From an uncultured bacterium (GTDB lineage: Bacteria; Krumholzibacteriota; Krumholzibacteriia; Krumholzibacteriales; Krumholzibacteriaceae): a DNA stretch of 64,000 nucleotides. Both the position numbers and the translations under genes were made by a program. The stretch lies in the NCBI GenBank assembly GCA_963786935.1, contig CAWBAN010000002.1:449849-513848 (forward strand), read 5' to 3'. Below, piece after piece: positions 56,282 through 64,000 of this stretch (its first letter is position 1; the number at the start of each line of letters is the position of its first letter). The notes under the pieces are model-generated. The model had not been told where the DNA came from. It saw only the letters and a program-made list of their open reading frames with translations, and did not search any database.

Positions 56282-59233
56282 ATGATCGGCAAGACAATTT
56301 CGCACTACAAGATCCTCGCGAAGCTCGGCGAGGGGGGGATGGGTGTCGTCTATCGGGCCGAGGATCTCACTCTCGGCCGGACCGTGGCGCTCAAGTTCCT
56401 GCCCCCCGATTCCGTCGCGCGCGAGGAAGATCGAGCCCGGCTCGTGCACGAAGCCCGAGCCGCTGCGGCGCTCCTTCATCCCAATATCTGTCCCGTCTAC
56501 GAGATCGCTGAAGCCGATGGCCGCACGTTCATCTCGATGGCACATATCGAGGGGCGAAGCCTGAAGGAACGCATCGCCGAAGGACTGCTGCCGCTCGATG
56601 AGGCGCTCTCTATCGCCCGGCAGATCGGGGACGCTCTAGCCTCGGCTCATGCCAAAGGCATCATCCATCGGGATATCAAGCCCGCGAACATAATGCTGAC
56701 CGCCGATGGCCGGCCGATGCTGATGGACTTCGGGCTCGCGAAGGTATCGGGGGCGACGAAGCTCACGCGGACGGGGACGACGATGGGGACGGTGGCGTAC
56801 ATGTCGCCGGAGCAGGTGCAGGGGAGAGAGGCGGATCATCGGAGCGACATCTGGGCGCTCGGGGTGGTGCTGTACGAGATGGTGTCGGGGAGGGTGCCGT
56901 TCGGAGGAGACTACGAGGCGGCGATGCTCTACTCCATCTTGAATGAGAATCCCGTGCCGCTTGCGGTCGAGGGCGGAGACATTCCTGCCGGCCTCGATGG
57001 GATCATTGCCAAAGCGCTCGCGAAGGATCCGAGCCGTAGGTATCAGAAGGTCGAAGATCTCGTTGCGGACCTCGATGCGCTGGCCCGGGACCGGGAAGCG
57101 CTTCCCGCGGGCAGGGCCGTGCCTGCCAAAGGATTGAAGCGCCTGTGGCGTCGCTGGCGCCCGTGGCAGAGGGCGTCGGCTATCGCTCTGTTCGTCGCTT
57201 TTGTCGCCGTCGGATCGATTCTGGTCATTCGCTTGGGGATAATGTCTCCGGAGGCCGACCGGTATTTTCTCGCTGTAATGGACTTTCGCGACGCGACGAG
57301 CGGTAGCGATTCGACACTATCGGCGGAGCAGGTTACCGAGCTCGTGAATACGGGTCTCACTCAAAATCTAATAGATACCGATGCCATCCGCGTCAAGAGC
57401 CAGGATCTGCTGCACGATCTTCGGCGGCGGCTTTATGGGCAGCGTCGCGGCTCGATCGATAGAAGCCAGACCCTGGATCTGGCGCGTCGGGCCGAGGCGA
57501 CGCTGTATCTCGTGGGGACGATAGGGAGGGCGGGATCGAGCCAATTTGTTGACTGGGAGCTGGTGGACGTCCGAAACGGCGTTGTCGTTGGCGCCGACCG
57601 CGCGGAAGGACGGGAGCTCCGCGTCATCGCGGATAAGATCATCGAGAACGCGCTTTCGAGGATCGCGCGGTTTTGCGATTTCGAGCCGGCCGCCGCTGCG
57701 ACCTCCGTGGAGATCATCACGACGCGATCGTCTCGCGCGTGGAAGCACTACATGGCGGGATTGCTTGCGGCGGAGGAAGACCGTGGGAGCGATGCACTCG
57801 TCGAATTCGAGAAGGCGATCGCGGAAGACTCGACCTTCGCGCTCGCGTATGTCGAGTGCGCGCGGGTCGCTCCTCAATTGGGCCCCGGCACCTGGGCGCG
57901 CAATCGAAAATACGCCGAGAAAGCCTGGAGCCTCCGTTCGCACCTGGGAAAGAAAGATCTCATGCGGCTCGAGGCGCGGCGTCAACGCTTCAACGGTGAG
58001 CTCGCCGCGGCCATTGCGACGCTTCGCGAAATTCATGAGCGTTGGCCGGATGATCGCGAGACGCTGATCGAACTGAGGGATGAGCTCGGCAACTGGTGGA
58101 ACTATCGCGATCTCCTCGCGATCGATGAAGAGGGGCAGCGGCTCTACCCCGACGATGCGGTCTTCGGCGGTCCTGATTATTTCAAGGCGCTTGTGGCGCT
58201 GGGACGCATCGAGGAGGCGTATGCAGCAACCCGCTTATATGTGAAGCGTCATGCGAACGATCCGAATGCATGGAATGAGCTGGGATGGAGGTATCTCCAG
58301 AAAGGGCTCCCCGATAGCGCGGAGACGGCTTTTCGACGAGCAGTGGAATTGGATCCAAATTGGAATCCTGAGAATTTCTGCTACTGCGCTTACCATCGCG
58401 GCGATCTCAAGGGCGCAATAGCGTGTTTCGAGAGGCTTCTGGAACGAAAGGACATCAGTGAAAACGATCGTTGGAGCCTCATTGTTTTGCCTCAGCCCGT
58501 CTTGAACCTTGGGGCTCTTTACATCGAAGCGGGTCGCTGCGAGGATATGCGCAAAGCAATCAAGGAATACATGGATCCGGGCGTCATCGGCAATCCGGAG
58601 TTGCGGCTGCTCGTGCATGCCTACCGGCCGCAAGCGGTCGTTGATTTATACAAGCAGTCGCATACGTACTGGTTGGAAGTGGAGATCCCCTCCTTGCCTC
58701 CGGAAGCTCGACCGACATTGTCCGCGCAAGACAGCAGCATCGGTCCGGAGCCACGGTTGCTCGGACAAGCGCTCGCCATGCTCGGCGATGTGAAGGGCGC
58801 CAGAGAAGTGGTGGCGTTCTACGCGAACAAGATCTCTCAGATGAGTGGCTATGCCCGATATGATGCTCTCGATATTGAAGCAAGGGCCGCTCTCGCGGAT
58901 AACGATCCGAAGACCGCTCTCAAGACCCTGACCGAGATGAAGGAGAACGGCGTTGCCTGGGGTGGATTCATCTACCTCGATTATTGCACGATGCTCGCAA
59001 ACGCCTATCGAATGGATGGCCAGCTCGAAAAAGCCGCCGCTGTGCATAAGGAGGTGCTCCGCTTGTTCGGCGGGCACGCGCTCTCGCACTACGAGCTCGG
59101 GCGGATCTACGAAGAGATGAAGCGCCCGGCCGAGGCGAAAAAGGAATACGCGAAATTCCTCGAGATGTGGTCGGAGGCGGATGAGGATCTGCCGCCTCTC
59201 ATCGACGCGCGGAAACGCCTCGCCGCGCTATGA
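56282..59233 (+). CDS. Hanks-type Ser/Thr protein kinase with one TM helix, TolB-N-like segment and TPR repeats
   Basis: LGEGGMGVVY, VALKFL, HRDIKPAN, DFGLAK, GTVAYMSPEQ, DIWALG; TM ASAIALFVAFVAVGSILVI; multiple TPRs. Confidence 0.92.
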   Translation: MIGKTISHYKILAKLGEGGMGVVYRAEDLTLGRTVALKFLPPDSVAREEDRARLVHEARAAAALLHPNICPVYEIAEADGRTFISMAHIEGRSLKERIAEGLLPLDEALSIARQIGDALASAHAKGIIHRDIKPANIMLTADGRPMLMDFGLAKVSGATKLTRTGTTMGTVAYMSPEQVQGREADHRSDIWALGVVLYEMVSGRVPFGGDYEAAMLYSILNENPVPLAVEGGDIPAGLDGIIAKALAKDPSRRYQKVEDLVADLDALARDREALPAGRAVPAKGLKRLWRRWRPWQRASAIALFVAFVAVGSILVIRLGIMSPEADRYFLAVMDFRDATSGSDSTLSAEQVTELVNTGLTQNLIDTDAIRVKSQDLLHDLRRRLYGQRRGSIDRSQTLDLARRAEATLYLVGTIGRAGSSQFVDWELVDVRNGVVVGADRAEGRELRVIADKIIENALSRIARFCDFEPAAAATSVEIITTRSSRAWKHYMAGLLAAEEDRGSDALVEFEKAIAEDSTFALAYVECARVAPQLGPGTWARNRKYAEKAWSLRSHLGKKDLMRLEARRQRFNGELAAAIATLREIHERWPDDRETLIELRDELGNWWNYRDLLAIDEEGQRLYPDDAVFGGPDYFKALVALGRIEEAYAATRLYVKRHANDPNAWNELGWRYLQKGLPDSAETAFRRAVELDPNWNPENFCYCAYHRGDLKGAIACFERLLERKDISENDRWSLIVLPQPVLNLGALYIEAGRCEDMRKAIKEYMDPGVIGNPELRLLVHAYRPQAVVDLYKQSHTYWLEVEIPSLPPEARPTLSAQDSSIGPEPRLLGQALAMLGDVKGAREVVAFYANKISQMSGYARYDALDIEARAALADNDPKTALKTLTEMKENGVAWGGFIYLDYCTMLANAYRMDGQLEKAAAVHKEVLRLFGGHALSHYELGRIYEEMKRPAEAKKEYAKFLEMWSEADEDLPPLIDARKRLAAL

Positions 59234-59274
59234 GACGGCTGACTCCCCGACGTTCGAAGCCGCGGCTGCGCGCA

Positions 59275-62200
59275 TCACCGCAGCATGACCATCTTCTTGG
59301 TCTGGCTGAAGTCCTTCGTCTCCATCTTGTAGAAGTAGATACCGCTCGCCACCGCCCGTCCATGGGCTCCCCGTCCATCCCAGGGGACGCCGTAGCTTCC
59401 CGCTTCCTTCACGCCGTTCACGAGCGTGCGAACGAGCTGCCCGGCGACGTTGTAGATCTTGATCGACACCGGGCCCTTCTCCCGCATGTCGAACCTGATC
59501 GTCGTCGATGGGTTGAAAGGATTCGGGTAGTTCTGCGCGAGAGCGTATGCGCGCGGCGTTTCGGCCGCGGTGACGTCGATACTCGTTTCATCCTGCATCC
59601 AGGCGAGGACGTCCCTCACTGTGTGGAAACGGTCGATCGGGGCGACGCCGAGGTCGTCGCGTATGTACCGCATGCTGAAACCGAAGAACATCGTTCGAAC
59701 GGGATAGCCGGCGGCATTGGTATTTGTCGCCGCGATGGCCGCGTAGAGATTCGAGCCCCCGGAAGCGGGATACTTGAGCGCGCGGCGGCCGTTTGCCGTC
59801 TTCTCGAGAACATCGAAATCATTGATAATCGGGCATCCCCCGAACACATATAGCCTATCGGGCGTCCCGCCGTGAACGAATATGCCCGCTTCCTGATCAC
59901 CCGCCACAAGGGGGCTGGTGACGCCTCCGCCGGCGATACCGCCCGTTGCGGCGAAGTAGCTCGTATTGACGAGGCTCACGCCGCACCAGCTGCCCAAGAG
60001 TTCCAGCGCCGGGGCTGAGTTGGCAGCGACCAGGCTGGCTGCCGCGTTGTCGCCAAGGATCCAGAGCCCGCACGCGTGTTCGGAGAGGCTCATCCAATCG
60101 AGGAGGAGTTGGATGTGGGGGTAGGTCTCGTTCAATGTAATATCCCAGAAGCTCTCCTCATATATGATGGTTCTGTAGAAATCGCACAGCTGTTTGCTCG
60201 TTACACCACTGGTCTCAAAGTATCCGTCGAACCTGTCCACCTTGTTGTGTGGCGGTGGAAGCACCGCGTCAAAGGCGGACATCCAATAGTTGTCGGTTTC
60301 GTCAAAGAAGGTGGTTCCATAAGGAAAGACGTAAAAAATATCGCTATTCAGCGTCGGGAGGCACGTGAACTCGTAGTACGGGCCGGCATGAAGCCTTCCG
60401 GCCCATTCGGGGGATGTCGTTTCAACGCCCGCATTGTCCCTGGCGCTGTAGTAATACTCGATCATATATCCGCGAGTGAAGAGCTCGTCGTTGAGGTCGA
60501 CGCAGAAAGCGTCCGGGGAAGAGCCGCCCTCGGTCCTTGCCGTGTCGCATTGGATGACGGTCCAGGTGCCGTCGTCGCTGATGTACCGGAAATTGACGGG
60601 AGGAATTCCGGTGGATCCCGCGAGGGAGGGGCCCGCGAGCGGGGGCTTCAGGGGAACCGGTCCGACATACGACGCTTTCACGTGAATGTATACGGCGGGT
60701 CCGCCATACGCGGGATCGCTCGCGATTCCGCCGCCGAGGAGCGAGCCGCACGAAACCAGGGCGGAATCAAACCCGGTTCCCAAATCGGCGCGAACAGAGC
60801 TCTCGAGATCGTACTGATTGACGGGAAAAGCGTCCTGGAAGCCGAAGACGTTTCTCCATTGCGGACCGGCGGTTTTGTAGCGATAGAAGCGGACGTTATC
60901 GATGTATGGTGATGGCGTGTGCGCGGCACAATCGCCCAGCGTAAGGTACCACATGGAACAGGCATCGATGCACCCAACTGCGATCTGCACCGATTCGTCG
61001 CCACCGACCAAGGTGCTCACATCGACTGATGCCTCTATGTAGTCCGTAAAAGGGCCAAAATAGACAAACCCATTATCGCGCCACTGTCCCGGGCATCCTC
61101 CGCCGACGGTGCGCACGCGCCAGTAGAGCATCACGAGGTTGCTGTACGGAAGGTCGCGATAAACTGTAAATCGAAGCTCTGCTCCGCCCAAGAGCGAAAA
61201 ATCCGCCGGGGGGATGGCGGCGTTCTGGACGTTGTTCTGCGCAGTGGAATATCTCGTCATGTCGATGACCGGCGAGACCACCATCTCATCCTGGCAGGGG
61301 GCAGTGACTCCGCCCGGCCCCATGCAGAACGGCGTGTCGTAGAGTCCCGGATAGCTCGTGCTCGGGTTTGGAGAGCCGATGAAGAACACGACCTGCGAGG
61401 TGAAGTTCTCGTTGCACGGATCTCTGTCTGTGAGGCCGCTCTTGAGGCCCGAATACTTGCCGAACGCCGGGGTCGCTTGCCCGGTCCATATGCCTGCCGA
61501 GTGCGCTCCGACGGGCGCCGTTTCAAAATCCTCGAAGTTATTCAATGCGGCCATATCACTGACGCTGATGTTGTCGACGATGCATCCGCCGTCCGTGTTC
61601 CAAAGACCGTCCTGATCGCTCCACGCCTGGTCGGAGGTGAAGCGGAAGCGAAGCTTCGTTCTCGCCTGCGCGGTTTGGATGACATGGACGGCAATCGAGT
61701 CGCCGTAGTTGGTGTACGCCGCGAGGCGCTGCCAGTTGCCGCTGCCGGCGTCGTATTCGGCGTATGTATAATCGTAACCGGGCTCGCTGTCCCATCTGAT
61801 GTGGTAGGAGAAGGTGAGCTGGCCCGCGAAACCGAAAGCGTTCGTCACGAGCATCTGGTTCCAGTTGTTCCCATAGCCGGGGGCCCGCATCCAGGAGCAC
61901 ATGTAGGGATCGCTCGAGCTCGGTCGAGCGCCGCACCACATTGACTTCGCGCCCTCTATCGGCACGAGGCCGCCGTAGCTTCCGCCGCCGAGACCGGCGA
62001 AATCATCTACATGGAAGAACGTGTCAGCCTGAGCGGTGTTGTCCACCCTCGTCCAGCCCTGCCAGCTCTTCGGTTCGAAGTTGTACCAGACGAGGCAGTA
62101 GCTATCCACCGCGGCAGTCTCATAGAGCTGCCGCAGGTCGGGGTCGGCGGGCAAGGGGTGGGAGTTTTCTTCCAATGCCATGGAGCGTCGCTTGGCTCGA

Positions 62201-62283
62201 TGGGTGGTCTCGCGAGCTGAAACGGCGCCGGCGAGTAGGGCAATAAGGCAAAAGCAAAGAAACAACAATGGCAGTCTTCTCAT
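59275..62283 (-). CDS. Large secreted Cys/Trp-rich protein with C-terminal FlgD/T9SS-like domain
   Basis: Signal peptide MRRLPLLFLCFCLIALLAGAVSA; WDSEPGYDY..LRFRFTSD module; C-terminal LAQNYPNPFNPSTTIRF..WDG..VASGIYFY..KKMVMLR; GGGAGG SD. Confidence 0.85.
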   Translation of the reverse strand: MRRLPLLFLCFCLIALLAGAVSARETTHRAKRRSMALEENSHPLPADPDLRQLYETAAVDSYCLVWYNFEPKSWQGWTRVDNTAQADTFFHVDDFAGLGGGSYGGLVPIEGAKSMWCGARPSSSDPYMCSWMRAPGYGNNWNQMLVTNAFGFAGQLTFSYHIRWDSEPGYDYTYAEYDAGSGNWQRLAAYTNYGDSIAVHVIQTAQARTKLRFRFTSDQAWSDQDGLWNTDGGCIVDNISVSDMAALNNFEDFETAPVGAHSAGIWTGQATPAFGKYSGLKSGLTDRDPCNENFTSQVVFFIGSPNPSTSYPGLYDTPFCMGPGGVTAPCQDEMVVSPVIDMTRYSTAQNNVQNAAIPPADFSLLGGAELRFTVYRDLPYSNLVMLYWRVRTVGGGCPGQWRDNGFVYFGPFTDYIEASVDVSTLVGGDESVQIAVGCIDACSMWYLTLGDCAAHTPSPYIDNVRFYRYKTAGPQWRNVFGFQDAFPVNQYDLESSVRADLGTGFDSALVSCGSLLGGGIASDPAYGGPAVYIHVKASYVGPVPLKPPLAGPSLAGSTGIPPVNFRYISDDGTWTVIQCDTARTEGGSSPDAFCVDLNDELFTRGYMIEYYYSARDNAGVETTSPEWAGRLHAGPYYEFTCLPTLNSDIFYVFPYGTTFFDETDNYWMSAFDAVLPPPHNKVDRFDGYFETSGVTSKQLCDFYRTIIYEESFWDITLNETYPHIQLLLDWMSLSEHACGLWILGDNAAASLVAANSAPALELLGSWCGVSLVNTSYFAATGGIAGGGVTSPLVAGDQEAGIFVHGGTPDRLYVFGGCPIINDFDVLEKTANGRRALKYPASGGSNLYAAIAATNTNAAGYPVRTMFFGFSMRYIRDDLGVAPIDRFHTVRDVLAWMQDETSIDVTAAETPRAYALAQNYPNPFNPSTTIRFDMREKGPVSIKIYNVAGQLVRTLVNGVKEAGSYGVPWDGRGAHGRAVASGIYFYKMETKDFSQTKKMVMLR

Positions 62284-62548
62284 GTGTGTTCCTCCCCCCT
62301 TGGAACGCAAGCTGATGGCCGCATAACGAGATAGACCTTCGGGACGAGCCGCTTTGAGTAAAAATCCATTGACTGTTTTGATTATCCCTATGTGCTGTAA
62401 GCATATCACAACCGACAGAGCATTGCATTCTCTATTTTGTAAGAGTGTTTGCTTTGAAGGCCGCGGTTCTGGTACAATTGCGCCAAGGCCATCCACAGGG
62501 GTTCATGAGATAGAATAGAGAAAGACATTTGCTATCTGGGGAGAGCCC

Positions 62549-64000
62549 ATGATAGGAAAGAAGATATCTCATTATCGTGTCCTCTCGAAGCTCGGCGAGG
62601 GGGGCATGGGCGTGGTGTACGGCGCCGAGGACCTGAACCTTGGCCGGCGGGCGGCTGTTAAGGTTCTTTCTCCTCATCTCATCTCCGATCCAAAGGCTCG
62701 AAATCGTTTTCTGCACGAGGCGAAGGCCGCGGCTGCTCTCGATCACCCCGGTATCTGTCCTGTCTACGAGGCGGGGGAGGTGGAAGGGCAGCTCTTTATC
62801 GCTATGGCTCTGCTGGAGGGGCAGACGCTTCAGAACCGCATCGCCTCGGGACCTCTAGCCATCGATGAGTCTCTCGACATTGCAGCGCAGGTAGCCGGCG
62901 CCCTCAAGGAGGCGCACGGGAAGGGTATCGTTCACCGGGATATCAAGCCTGCGAACGTCATGCTGCTGTCGAGCGGACAGGCGAAGGTGATGGATTTCGG
63001 GCTGGCTCGGCTCGAAGGAGCGACACAGCTCACGCGGACTGGCGCGACGCTGGGGACGGCGGCGTACATGTCGCCGGAGCAGGTGCGCGGGGAAGTGGCG
63101 GATGCACGGAGCGACATCTGGTCTCTGGGCGTCGTGTTGTACGAGATGGTGTCGGGTCGCCTGCCGTTTCGGGGAGAGTATGAGCCGGCGGTAGAGTATG
63201 CGATCGTGCACGAGGAGCCGGAGCTCCTGAATGCGGTGCGGCCGGAGGCGATGCGCCCGAGCTCGAGGCTCTAGTGGGGAAGTGTCTCAAGAAGAGTCCC
63301 GAGAGGAGAGATATCAGAGCGCGGATGAGCTTCTCGGAGATCTCAGCGTGGGTTTGATCTCATGGGGCATTGCAGGCACTTCCGAAAGCGCCGGTCAAGT
63401 CCACCGGCAAGCCAAAGGCATCATCGACTGCCGCGGCAGCCGCGAACCGGCCAACGACTCTGCAAGGATCCTCTGCGACCGCAGTTCAGATTCTCGGCGA
63501 TCGCTATCGCATCGAGCGCCTTCTCGGCCGTGGCGGCATGGGTGAGGTGTGGCTCTCATTCGATCTGAAGCTCGGAGTTGAGGTCGCGCTAAAGTTCCTC
63601 CTCCCGGAGGTCAGCTCCGATCCCCAGCGCATAGCGCTTCTTCAGGCGTGAAGTGCGCACTGCCCGCAACGTGGCGTCTCCCCATGTCTGCCGGGTCTTC
63701 GATCTGATCGAGATCGAGGGGCAGGAGCTCGTGTCGATGGAGTATATCGACGGGACGACGCTGCAGGAGCTTCTTGCGGCCCAGAGCCCCATCGAAATGG
63801 TGGAGGCTCGGCGGATAGCCACTCAGCTCCTCGCGGGGCTTCAGGACATTCACAATGCAGGATTGATTCATCGCGACCTGAAACCTGCGAACGTCATGAT
63901 CACCCGCTCGGGGCGAGCGGTGGTAATGGACTTTGGCCTGGCGAAGGGAGTGGCCGACACCCAGAAGACGATCGCCGTTGCCGGCACTCCCGCGTACATG
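62549..64000 (+). pseudogene. Frameshifted Ser/Thr kinase gene with two tandem kinase domains; runs off the window end
   Basis: Domain 1: GEGGMG, HRDIKPAN, DFG, SPEQ; its tail PELEALVGKCLKK / ERYQSADELL lies in shifted frames. Domain 2: [43 protein letters not shown]. Shifts near 63250, 63303, 63350 and 63645. Confidence 0.75.

Noticed and set aside
62284..62548. AT-rich stretch as a possible mobile-element end or origin
   Set aside because: No terminal repeats, iterons or transposase; adequately explained as a divergent promoter region.
56282..64000. Diversity-generating retroelement explanation for the repeated kinase DNA
   Set aside because: No reverse transcriptase in the window, and the shared segments are conserved catalytic motifs rather than an adenine-mutated TR/VR pair.

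Overview
A 64-kb, high-GC window from a diderm bacterium. C-terminal FlgD/T9SS-like sorting domains and 'MIGKTISHY' Ser/Thr kinase-TPR paralogues suggest an FCB-group lineage such as Krumholzibacteriota or Latescibacterota (inference). It holds about 50 genes. I could not support any rRNA, tRNA, CRISPR array, IS or phage gene. Content: two divergent proteases; a glutaryl-CoA-type dehydrogenase; a sigma54-preceded PhzF-like gene followed by nagB and a DUF4954-like gene; a split MprF; a secreted cutinase-like hydrolase; about 13 predicted outer-membrane beta-barrels; an exported glutaminase/DcaP/amidohydrolase operon; a metacaspase; mgtA-dedA; an orphan anaerobic sulfatase maturase with SulP; a FixL-like kinase with a receiver-only regulator; a DUF5674 gene pair; and a kinase / giant secreted protein / tandem-kinase block. 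The most notable signals are not in the ORF track. (1) Four copies of an 18-bp GAC-N4-GTC dyad each overlap a -35 element at near-identical spacing and define a candidate envelope regulon. (2) A duplicated 41-bp promoter module has leaderless geometry. (3) There is an unannotated 56-aa very basic protein. (4) A 27-bp imperfect direct repeat brackets mgtA-dedA. Clustered frameshifts (27.5, 30.9-32.0 and 63.2-63.7 kb) may be sequencing errors. Family names come from motif recognition by eye, not from database searches.
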